Assembly: GCA_040769225.1 (NCBI GenBank)
Contig: JAXGLL010000001.1
Location: 2,047,263 to 2,111,262, forward strand
DNA length: 64,000 bases
DNA from: Akkermansiaceae bacterium
GTDB lineage: Bacteria > Verrucomicrobiota > Verrucomicrobiia > Verrucomicrobiales > Akkermansiaceae
Direction of reading: 5' to 3'
Made by a program: the position numbers and the translations under genes
In this document: in pieces, positions 1-7,697 of the stretch
Layout: the number at the start of each line of letters is the position of its first letter
Position numbering within the stretch: the stretch's first letter is position 1
The notes under the pieces: generated by a model
What the model saw: the letters and a program-made list of their open reading frames with translations, nothing else
The model's database searches: none
What the model was told of the DNA's origin: nothing

Positions 1-1470
1 GCGCGGGTGCCGGCGGGGGTGTGCACGGCGGCGGCGTTTCGGCGGTGGTGTGCGGGGCACGAGGACGAGCTGATGATTGCGCCGGCGGACGTGGTGCGGG
101 AGGACCCGGCGGGGCTGGCGCTGGAGGATTTTCCGGACCTGTTGGTGCACGGGGGCGAGGAGTTCACGTTGTATTACCGGACGGCGCCCGGGGAGCGCGA
201 CGACGGGCTGACCGTCGGGGTGCACGTCGACCAGCTGGCGCGGTTGCCGGACTGGCTGCCTGGCTGGGGGGTGCCGGGGATGCTGGCGGAGCGGGTCGAG
301 CGGCTGATCCGCGGGCTGCCCAAGGACCTGCGGCGCGCGTGCCAGCCGGTGGCCGACGCGGTCGCCGGGTTCGTCGCGGGGCGGCGCGGGCGGGTGCCGG
401 ACGGCCCGCTCGGGCTGCGGCTGGCGCACTACCTCGAGGAGCGGACCGGCCGGCGGGTGGACCCGGCGCTGTTGGACCCCGCGGCGCTCGAGGGGCCGTG
501 GCAGGTCAAGCTGTGGGTGTGCGACGACGCGGGGCGCGAGCTGGCGTTCGGGGCGGACGTGGCGGCGCTGCGCCGGCAGCTCGGGGCGGCGCTGCGCGCG
601 CGGGCGACGGCGGCGGCGGACGCCGAGTGGCGGCAGGGCGGGATGACGGCATGGGAATGCGGGGCGTTGCCCGCGCGGGTGGCGACGGCGACCGGCGAGG
701 CGTTTCCGGCGCTGGTCGACGAGGGGGAGGCGGTGGGGGTGCGGGCGTTTGACGCGGTGGCGGCGGCGGCCGAGTCGCACCGGGCCGGCTGCGTGCGGTT
801 GTTGCGGCTCGCCCATCCGGACCAGGCGCGGTGGGTGGCGGGCCACTTCCCGCTCGGGATGGCGGCCAAGGTGGAACTGGCGCGGCTCGGGCGCGCGGGG
901 GTGACGCTCGACGAGCTGGTGGCGGTGGCCGGCGAGGGCGCGCTGGGCGAGCCGCTGCCGCGGACGCCGGACGAGTTCGCGGCCTGCGCCCATGCCGGGC
1001 GCGGCCGCTGGCATGAGGCGGCACAGCGCGTCGGGGCGGCGCTCGACGAGGCCGTCGCGCTGCTGCCCGCGATCCGGGGGTGGATCGGGGACCACCGGGG
1101 CGACGCCCACCTCGCCGGGGTGGCGGCCGACCTCGACGAGCAGCTCGAGTGGCTGCTGCGGCCGCGCTTCGCATGGCGCGCCGGCTACCGCCGGCTCGCC
1201 GGCTACGGCCGGCACTTCCGGGCGATCCGCTCGCGGCTCGACCGGCTCGCCAGCCTGCCGCTGGCCCGCGACCTCGAGAAGACGGCGCGCCTGCGGCGGT
1301 GGTGGGAACCATGGCTCGCCCGCTGGACCGGCACCCCCGACGACCCGCGGTGGTGGCCGTTCGGCTGGCTGTTGGAGGAATGGCGCATCGGCCTGTTCGC
1401 ACCCGAGATCAAGGCCGAGGGGGTGTCCGAGAAGAAGCTGGAAAAGGCGTGGCGGGACCTGACCACGTGA
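1..1470 (+). CDS. hrpA: ATP-dependent RNA helicase HrpA, C-terminal region (5' end outside the window)
   Basis: The ORF 7..1470 ends ...WWPFGWLLEEWRIGLFAPEIKAEGVSEKKLEKAW, the typical HrpA C-terminal (DUF3418) tail. It runs off the 5' edge of the window. Confidence 0.75.
   Translation, partial: ARVPAGVCTAAAFRRWCAGHEDELMIAPADVVREDPAGLALEDFPDLLVHGGEEFTLYYRTAPGERDDGLTVGVHVDQLARLPDWLPGWGVPGMLAERVERLIRGLPKDLRRACQPVADAVAGFVAGRRGRVPDGPLGLRLAHYLEERTGRRVDPALLDPAALEGPWQVKLWVCDDAGRELAFGADVAALRRQLGAALRARATAAADAEWRQGGMTAWECGALPARVATATGEAFPALVDEGEAVGVRAFDAVAAAAESHRAGCVRLLRLAHPDQARWVAGHFPLGMAAKVELARLGRAGVTLDELVAVAGEGALGEPLPRTPDEFAACAHAGRGRWHEAAQRVGAALDEAVALLPAIRGWIGDHRGDAHLAGVAADLDEQLEWLLRPRFAWRAGYRRLAGYGRHFRAIRSRLDRLASLPLARDLEKTARLRRWWEPWLARWTGTPDDPRWWPFGWLLEEWRIGLFAPEIKAEGVSEKKLEKAWRDLTT
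1336..1470. repeat. Direct repeat copy 1: last ~45 codons of hrpA, repeated at 3100-3240
   Basis: gacccgcggtggtggccgttcggctggctgttggaggaatggcgcatcggcctgttcgc... is nearly identical at 3107-3230. Confidence 0.8.
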
Positions 1471-1684
1471 CCGCCGCCCGCCGCCCGCCGCCCGGTGACT
1501 GCCGCAGGCGCGGTTCAGCACGGCGGGCACACCAGCCCAACTTCGTCACTTCTTCGCCGAAACGGCCCTGATTTGACTTTTTTCGGCGCTGTAGGCCTTG
1601 ACTTTGCCGGGATCGGGCTTCGCCACCCCCTGTGGGCCGCCCTGCCCGGTTGATCCGGCCTGCGGGGGCGTGCTTCAATGAGCA

Positions 1685-2008
1685 ATGTTCCTCAAACGAC
1701 GGGTGCGGCGCAAGGACGGCGAGGATCACGTCTGCCACTCGGTGTGCGAAAGCCTGTGGGTGCATGGCGGCCACACGCTCCAGCGCCAGATCCTGCACCT
1801 GGGCGAACACAAGGAGGCCTTCGCAGCGCATCTGGCCGCCAAATGGAAGGACCTGTTCGCCGCCGGCTTCGACATCAGCCTCTGCGACCTGACGAGCACC
1901 TGCTGCGAGGGCTCGGCCGAAGCGGTGCACCAGGCCCGCCGATCCGGACCGCGCCAACTCCCCACACGGATGCGAACCTGCCGCATTCAGCCCCTTTTCC
2001 CCGTCTAA
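1685..2008 (+). pseudogene. Transposase N-terminal remnant (IS4-superfamily, IS1634-like pattern KRRVRRKDG..H..HSV.ES......LG)
   Basis: The 107-aa ORF MFLKRRVRRKDGEDHVCHSVCESLWVHGGHTLQRQILHLGEHKE... has no DDE catalytic region. The call rests on the motif pattern only. Confidence 0.4.
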
Positions 2009-2089
2009 CCAACCGCCACGCCGCCAGCCCGTCCGTGCCGCAGTTTCGTGCACGCATGCGGAATTGCCACAGCGCGCGCAGCAGGGACA

Positions 2090-2251
2090 GCCCCCGGCGG
2101 CCGCGGGGACCCGGCGAACAACAGTTGGGTATACGTATACGGATTTGTTGCAGCACACGGAATGGGGCCAGGCCCCGGCGGCCGCGGGGACCCGGCGAAC
2201 AACAGTTAGGTATACGTATACGAGTTTGTTGCAGCGCGCGGGGTGGGGCCG
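2090..2251. repeat. ~80-bp direct repeat x2, each with an AT-rich palindrome GGTATACGTATAC
   Basis: ccccggcggccgcggggacccggcgaacaacagtt(g/a)ggtatacgtatacg(g/a)(a/g)tttgttgcagc... occurs twice in tandem. Confidence 0.8.
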
Positions 2252-2261
2252 GGTCCCGGCG

Positions 2262-2318
2262 GCAGCCGCCGACAGCCGCCGCGGTGACAGCCGCCGCGGT
2301 GACAGCCGCCACGGTGAC
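2262..2318. repeat. 15-bp tandem repeat GACAGCCGCCGCGGT x3 (plus a partial copy)
   Basis: gacagccgccgcggt gacagccgccgcggt gacagccgccacggt gac. Confidence 0.85.
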
Positions 2319-2617
2319 TTCCGGGCAAGTCTTCGCACGCCTTGGCACGCCTCCGCGGGATCGTTTTGGTGGATGTCGAGTTCGGCACCCGCGGCGGCGG
2401 CATCCTGACCCTGCCCCGGATCAGCATCCCCGGGAAGGAACCGGCCGCCGTGCTCATGCAACTGGGCTGGACCTTGCCGGAACAACCGCCGCCCCGCATC
2501 CGCACCACGCACCTTCCCGACCAGAACTGAACCGCGGTCTCGGGTCGCCACCGAAAATGTGTGGCCGACCTGAGGGCCAAAAAGCCCGGAAACCCTTGAT
2601 TCGCAAGGAACCGCCTT

Positions 2618-3037
2618 TCAGAAGTGACGAAGTTGGGCCAGCGGCAGCCGGTGCCGGCCAAACCGGCGATACACGCGGAAATCACGTCGGTCAGTGGTGA
2701 TAACCGCGGCGTGCCGGTGGATCTCGGACAAGACCACCAGGGAGGCATCGGCTGCGTGCATCTGCCGATACTTCAACATCAGCTCCTGGGTTCGTTGCAG
2801 GTGCTCGGGCCAAGGCCGGAGCAACCGGATCGTACCGATGCGCACCAAGTTGAGCAGGGCATGCGACGGTTGCGTGTTTCCACCGAGATGCCAGCACGCC
2901 TCGGCGAGGACAACCTCGGTGGTGTGGAGCGGGCCGCGCACTTGCGAGAGGGCCGCAAGCGCCCAATCGTGCCACTGGTCGGCGGCATTCAACCAGCCGA
3001 CCAAGGGGCCGGCATCAACCAGAGCGGTCACTTCCAC
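2618..3037 (-). CDS. PIN-domain (VapC-like) ribonuclease, orphan (no cognate antitoxin seen)
   Basis: VTALVDAGPLVGWLNAADQWHDWA...LVVLSEIHRHAAVITTDRRDFRVY shows the PIN acidic residues. A GTG start near 3037 is inferred. The ORF's longer N-terminal extension is antisense to the hrpA duplicate. The stop codon abuts the right inverted repeat of the IS. Confidence 0.55.
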   Translation of the reverse strand: MEVTALVDAGPLVGWLNAADQWHDWALAALSQVRGPLHTTEVVLAEACWHLGGNTQPSHALLNLVRIGTIRLLRPWPEHLQRTQELMLKYRQMHAADASLVVLSEIHRHAAVITTDRRDFRVYRRFGRHRLPLAQLRHF

Positions 3038-3099
3038 ACCCTTCACGGGTCGGGGCCCGCTACCGCCCCGACGGCGGGCGAGCTGGTGAACCGCCGCGC

Positions 3100-3240
3100 C
3101 CGACGACCCGCGGTGGTGGCCGTTCGGCTGGCTGTTGGAGGAATGGCGCATCGGCCTGTTCGCGCCCGAGATCAAGGCCGAGGGAGTGTCCGGGAAGAAG
3201 CTCGGGAAGGCGTGGGGGCGGCTCGCCGCGCAGAGTCCAT
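3100..3240 (+). pseudogene. Duplicated 3' fragment of hrpA (encodes ...DPRWWPFGWLLEEWRIGLFAPEIKAEGVSGKKLGKAW...)
   Basis: It is a near-identical copy of 1336-1470 with a slightly diverged tail and its own stop codon. Confidence 0.75.
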
Positions 3241-3298
3241 GAAGCCCGAAACCCATGCCGGTTAGGCCAAGCTTCCGGGGTGCTCGACCCAAACCGTT

Positions 3299-3415
3299 TC
3301 GATTGATGATTGATGAATGGCGATTGTTGATGGATGAAGTGAGCTTGGCCAGGCGCCGTTGCGCCTCTCAAGTGCCCATCGAGAATCGGCGATCACCAAT
3401 CATCAATCATCAATC
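3299..3415. repeat. Palindromic element of the GATTGATGATTGATG...CATCAATCATCAATC family, copy 1
   Basis: The left arm tcgattgatgattgatgaatggcgattgttgatggatg matches the reverse complement of the right arm catcgagaatcggcgatcaccaatcatcaatcatcaatc. A ggcgc-cgtt-gcgcc hairpin sits in the centre. Confidence 0.6.
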
Positions 3416-3445
3416 CCCTGCAGCCGTGAGGCGTCGCCTCGCCGG

Positions 3446-4501
3446 TCACTTGGGGGCGGCGTCGAGCTTTTCCTTCACCTTGGCCTCGACCTCGGCGTAG
3501 AGCTTGGCGTCGGACTTGAGGATGTCCTTGGCGGCGTCGCGGCCTTGGGCGAGCTGGTTGCCCTGGTAGCTGAACCAGCTGCCGCGCTTCTGGATGATGT
3601 CGAACTCGAGCGCGAGGTCGAGCAGCGACCCGGTCGAGGAGATCCCCTCGCTGAACATGATGTCGAACTCGGCCTCGGCGAACGGCGGGGAGACCTTGTT
3701 CTTGACCACCTTGACCCGGGTGCGGCTGCCTTGGACGGTGCCGTCGGTGGCCTTGATCTGGCCGATCCGGCGGATGTCGATGCGCACCGAGGCGAAGAAC
3801 TTGAGGGCGCGGCCGCCGGGGGTGGTTTCCGGGTTGCCGAACATCACCCCGATCTTCTCGCGGATCTGGTTGGTGAAGATGCACACCGTGCGGGCCTTGG
3901 AGATCAGGGCGGTGAGCTTGCGCATCGCGGCGCTCATCAGCCGCGCCTGGGTGCCGACGGTCGAGTCGCCGATCTCGCCGTCGAGTTCCTGGCGGGTGAC
4001 CAGCGCGGCGACCGAGTCGATGACCACCACGTCGATCGCGTTCGAGCGCACCAGCGCCTCGCAGATCTGGAGCGCCTCCTCGCCGGACGACGGCTGGGAG
4101 ACGAGCAGGTCGTCGAGGTTGACGCCGAGGCGGCGGGCGTAGCCGGGGTCGAGCGCGTGCTCGACGTCGATGAATGCGGCCAGCCCGCCGCGGGCCTGGG
4201 CCTGGGCGATGACGGTGAGCGTGAGGGTGGTCTTGCCGGAGGCCTCGGGCCCGAAGACCTCGACGATGCGGCCGCGGGGGAAGCCGCCGACGCCGAGGGC
4301 GCGGTCGATCAGCAGGTTGCCGGTGGGGATGACGTCGACGTCGACGCACTGGGCATCGCCGAGGCGCATGATGGCGGCTTCGCCGAAGTCCTTCTGGATC
4401 TGGGCGATGGCGAGGTCGAGGTTGCGCTTGCGGGCGTCGGCGAGCTTGGCCGAGGCGTCGTCGGGAGACTGCGACTTGGCGGTGGGTTTGCCGTTGGACA
4501 T
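3446..4501 (-). CDS. recA: Recombinase RecA
   Basis: It has the Walker A motif [10 protein letters not shown] and conserved RecA core motifs (e.g. [242 protein letters not shown]). The start is taken at the MSNGKP methionine. Confidence 0.95.
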   Translation of the reverse strand: MSNGKPTAKSQSPDDASAKLADARKRNLDLAIAQIQKDFGEAAIMRLGDAQCVDVDVIPTGNLLIDRALGVGGFPRGRIVEVFGPEASGKTTLTLTVIAQAQARGGLAAFIDVEHALDPGYARRLGVNLDDLLVSQPSSGEEALQICEALVRSNAIDVVVIDSVAALVTRQELDGEIGDSTVGTQARLMSAAMRKLTALISKARTVCIFTNQIREKIGVMFGNPETTPGGRALKFFASVRIDIRRIGQIKATDGTVQGSRTRVKVVKNKVSPPFAEAEFDIMFSEGISSTGSLLDLALEFDIIQKRGSWFSYQGNQLAQGRDAAKDILKSDAKLYAEVEAKVKEKLDAAPK

Positions 4502-4618
4502 GGGCTTGGCGGTGGTGGCTGGAGCGGCGGGGGCGTCAATCATGATCATGCGGAGTTCGGCGGGAGTGTGACCCCCGCCGCCCGCCTGTTCAAGGGAAAA
4601 CTGTTCAGGGGATCAAAA

Positions 4619-5629
4619 TCATTCCGCGGCCGGCTGCTCCGCGCCGTCCTTTGGCGGCGGGGGCGGCTGGGCGTCGGGGGCGTCGCCGGCGTCCTTCTTG
4701 GCGTCCGGTTCGGCGTGCTCCTCCTTGGCCTGTTCGAGGCGGCCGCGGAACTTGGTGAGCTGGCCGGCGAGTTCGGACTCGGGGGCGAGCGCCTTGATTT
4801 CGTCGAGGGCGGCGATCGACTCGTCGAACTTCCCCTGGTTGGCGAGGATGATGATCTTCATCGCCAGCGCCTGCTGCTTCTGTTCGCCCTCGAGCCCGGC
4901 CTGGTCGACCTCCTTGGTCAGGAACGTGAGCGCGCCGTCGAGGTCCTCGTTGGACAGGCGTTCCTGGACGCCCTGCTCGATCTTGGCCATCGCGGCCTTG
5001 CGTTCCTGCGCCTTGACGAAGCCCGACTCGTCGCCCGGGTCGGCCTTCTTGATCTGCTCGATGACGTCGCCGTAGAAGCCCGGGATCATCTCGTCGGGCA
5101 GGCCCTTGAGGGCGGCGAGGAGCGCCTTGGCCTTGGCCGGGCCTGCGGCGGCTTCAGCCTGCTTGAACGCCTCGTCGCGGGCGGCGCGCCGGGCGCGCAG
5201 CTCGTCGAGGTGCTTGACGTAGGCCGGGGCGCCGCCTTCGTGGTAGCCGGTGGTGGCGTAGGGCCGGCCGCCGGCGTCGGCGAGCACGATCGTGGGGAAG
5301 CCCTGGATGGCGTATTGGCCCTGGAGCTTTTCGTTCTGGGCCTTGGTCTTGGCGTCGAGCTTCGACTCGTCCTGCGGGAAGTCGATTTCAACCAGCACGA
5401 ACTTGTCCTTCACGCCGGTCGTGAACTCGTCCTTGGAGAACACCTCGTCGACCAGCTTGATGCACCAGCCGCACCAGTCGGACCCGGTGAAGTCGATCAG
5501 CAGGTCCTTCTTCTCCTCGGTGGCCTGCTGCTTGGCCGCCTCGAAGTCGCTGGTCCATCCTTTGCCGCCGGCGCTCGCCGGCCCGCCGAGGCATGCCAGG
5601 AGCGCCCCGGCTGCAATGAGCTGTTTCAT
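4619..5629 (-). CDS. Secreted thioredoxin-fold protein (CxxC: SDWCGWCIKL)
   Basis: There is a signal peptide MKQLIAAGALLACLGGPASA, a thioredoxin CGWC motif, and a long helical Pro-rich C-terminus. Confidence 0.7.
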   Translation of the reverse strand: MKQLIAAGALLACLGGPASAGGKGWTSDFEAAKQQATEEKKDLLIDFTGSDWCGWCIKLVDEVFSKDEFTTGVKDKFVLVEIDFPQDESKLDAKTKAQNEKLQGQYAIQGFPTIVLADAGGRPYATTGYHEGGAPAYVKHLDELRARRAARDEAFKQAEAAAGPAKAKALLAALKGLPDEMIPGFYGDVIEQIKKADPGDESGFVKAQERKAAMAKIEQGVQERLSNEDLDGALTFLTKEVDQAGLEGEQKQQALAMKIIILANQGKFDESIAALDEIKALAPESELAGQLTKFRGRLEQAKEEHAEPDAKKDAGDAPDAQPPPPPKDGAEQPAAE

Positions 5630-5702
5630 GTGGTTGATTGGATACGCCGGCGACGATGGGCGGGGCCGGGGCGGCGTGGCGAGCGAAATCGGCGGCCGGG
5701 GC

Positions 5703-6980
5703 TCAGTGCCCGGCCCACGCACGCTCGACCTCCTCGGCGATCACGGCGAAGCCGCGGCGGATGGTTGGCTCGTCCATCGTGTAGGTCACCCGGATGCACT
5801 GGTCGCGGTGCGGCCAGCCGGCGTCGGCGGCGTCGAGGCCGAAGAAGAAGTAGTGGCCGGGGACGATCAGCACGCCGCGCTGCTTGAGGCGGTCGTAGAG
5901 CTGGCGGGAGGTGATCGGCAGGCCGGGGAACCACAGCCACAGGAACAGGGCGCCCTCGCTGCGGTGGACGCGCCAGTCGAAGCGGGCGCCGAACTCCTCG
6001 GCGAGCCACTGGCGGGCGAGCCGGCATTTCTCGAGGTAGAACGGCCGCACCACCTCGTTGCTGAGGCGCAGGACCTCGCCGCTTTCGATCAGCGGGAGCA
6101 TGAGTGACTGGCCGGTGTTGTTGTTGGCGAGGCCGACGACGGCGCTCATCGAGGCGAGCGCGGCGGCGATCTCGGGGCGGGCGATCACGATCCCGGTGCG
6201 GGTGCCCGGCAGCCCGATCTTGGACAGGCTCAGGGTGAGGACGATGTGCTCGTCCCAGATGGGGGCGGCGTCGCGGAAGATGATGTTGGGGAACGGGGCG
6301 CCGTAGGCGTTGTCGATGATCAGCGGGATGTCGCGCGCGGCGCACAGGGCCGCCAGCCGCCCGACCTCGCCGTCGGTCAGCACGTTGCCGGTCGGGTTGG
6401 TCGGCCGCGACACGCACATCGCGGCCACGTCGTCGGCAATCTCGAGGCGGTCGAAGTCGACCCGGTACTTGAACTCGCGCTCGTCGCCCTGGTCGATCAG
6501 CGGGCGGGTGGCGCGGAACAGGTCGCCGCCGACCGACTGGTTGGCGTAGCCGATGTACTCGGGCACCAGCGGCAGCAGGATGCGGCGGCGGGAGCCGTCT
6601 GGGAAGGGGCCGGCCAGCAGGTTGAACAGGAAGAAGAACGCGGTTTGGCCGCCGGCGGTGATGGCGACGTGCTCGGGGCCGATGTCCCAGCCGAAGGTGC
6701 GGCGCATCAGGGCGGCGATGGCGGCGATGAACGCCGGGTGGCCGCGGGGCGGGTCGTAGTTGCAGAGCATCCGCTCGAGGCAGCCCGGGGTGGCGGTGAT
6801 CTCGGCCATCCGGGCGCGCCAGAGGGCGTTCATTTCCGGGATGTGGGCGGGCTGGCCGCCGCCGAGCAGGCAGACGTCGGCGCCGCCGGAGGCGAGGGTG
6901 CGGCCGAGGTCGTCCATCAGTTCCTCGATGCCGCTGCCGCCGGCCAGCTGGCGCCCGAAGCTGGAGAATCGCTCGTTCAT
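5703..6980 (-). CDS. avtA: Valine--pyruvate aminotransferase-like class I/II aminotransferase
   Basis: SRPTNPTGNV...SLSKIGLPGTRTGIVIA is the PLP-lysine region typical of AvtA. The start is taken at MNERFSSF. Confidence 0.6.
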   Translation of the reverse strand: MNERFSSFGRQLAGGSGIEELMDDLGRTLASGGADVCLLGGGQPAHIPEMNALWRARMAEITATPGCLERMLCNYDPPRGHPAFIAAIAALMRRTFGWDIGPEHVAITAGGQTAFFFLFNLLAGPFPDGSRRRILLPLVPEYIGYANQSVGGDLFRATRPLIDQGDEREFKYRVDFDRLEIADDVAAMCVSRPTNPTGNVLTDGEVGRLAALCAARDIPLIIDNAYGAPFPNIIFRDAAPIWDEHIVLTLSLSKIGLPGTRTGIVIARPEIAAALASMSAVVGLANNNTGQSLMLPLIESGEVLRLSNEVVRPFYLEKCRLARQWLAEEFGARFDWRVHRSEGALFLWLWFPGLPITSRQLYDRLKQRGVLIVPGHYFFFGLDAADAGWPHRDQCIRVTYTMDEPTIRRGFAVIAEEVERAWAGH

Positions 6981-7054
6981 GAACCGCCGGTCGTTGACGC
7001 CGACCGGCGCGGCTTTATAGTCCCCGCCTCGCAGCGAACAACCTCGAATCAACC

Positions 7055-7549
7055 ATGGCACTTCAAATTGGCAGCCAAGCCCCCGACTTCACGCTGGTGA
7101 CGATGGGACCGGGGGGTCCGCAACTGGTGACGCTTTCCGAGCAGGTCGGCGGCGGGAACATCGTGCTGCTGTTCGTGCCGATGGCGTTCACCGGCGTGTG
7201 CACCGAGGAACTGTGCGAGGTGTCGGCCGGGCTGGGCGCCTACCAGGCGCTCGCCGCCAAGGTGTTCGCGATCAGCGGCGACAACCCGTTCGCGCAGGCG
7301 GCGTGGGCGGAGAAGGAAGGGATCAAGCTGCCGTTGCTCAGCGACTACGAGCACGCCGTGGCCAAGGCCTACGGGGTGGCTTACGAGCGGTTCCTGCCCG
7401 AGGCCAACCTGATCATGGGCGGGGTGGCGAAGCGGTCGGCGTTCGTGATCGACCGCCACGGGGTGATCCGCCACGCGGAGGTGCGGGACAACCCGAAGGA
7501 GCTGCCGGATTTCGGCAAGATCAGGGAGGTGCTCGGGTCGCTCGGGTGA
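7055..7549 (+). CDS. Peroxiredoxin (AhpC/TSA/redoxin family)
   Basis: The redoxin motif FVPMAFTGVCTEELCE is present, in a 164-aa protein. Confidence 0.8.
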   Translation: MALQIGSQAPDFTLVTMGPGGPQLVTLSEQVGGGNIVLLFVPMAFTGVCTEELCEVSAGLGAYQALAAKVFAISGDNPFAQAAWAEKEGIKLPLLSDYEHAVAKAYGVAYERFLPEANLIMGGVAKRSAFVIDRHGVIRHAEVRDNPKELPDFGKIREVLGSLG

Positions 7550-7697
7550 GCCCGGCGCCACGGCCGGCGGTCCGGATTGGCTGGTCCCGCTTGGCTGTTC
7601 CGGATTGGCTTGGCGGCGGGCGGCGGGATGTCAGAATGGCGGGGTCGGCGGGCGCCACCGGTGGCGGCCCGCGCGGCGCCGCCCGGTTTTCCATCGC

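Larger units (their letters stand above)
1535..2639. mobile_element. Degenerate IS-like element bounded by ~19-bp terminal inverted repeats (GCCCAACTTCGTCACTTCT ... AGAAGTGACGAAGTTGGGCC)
   Basis: There are inverted repeats at 1535-1553 and 2619-2639. The inside holds a transposase N-terminal remnant and internal repeats. A MITE made from the two ends lies at 18760-18936. Confidence 0.6.

Noticed and set aside
21-1402. Several long Arg/Gly/Pro-rich ORFs (21..752 +, 506..1402 -, 429..869 -) overlapping hrpA
   Set aside because: Off-frame or antisense ORFs are expected in ~70% GC DNA. Their composition is low-complexity and they lack the GC3 codon bias of the hrpA frame.
3040-3292. The N-terminal 85 aa of the PIN ORF (MGRAPRKLGL...) read as part of the protein, or as an antitoxin
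   Set aside because: This stretch is antisense to the duplicated hrpA tail and has no coding bias. The PIN domain starts at the VEVTALVD region.
3359-5887. The 842-aa plus-strand ORF spanning recA and the thioredoxin-fold gene
   Set aside because: It is antisense to two well-supported minus-strand genes, and its translation is Gly/Leu/Glu/Arg-rich and repetitive.
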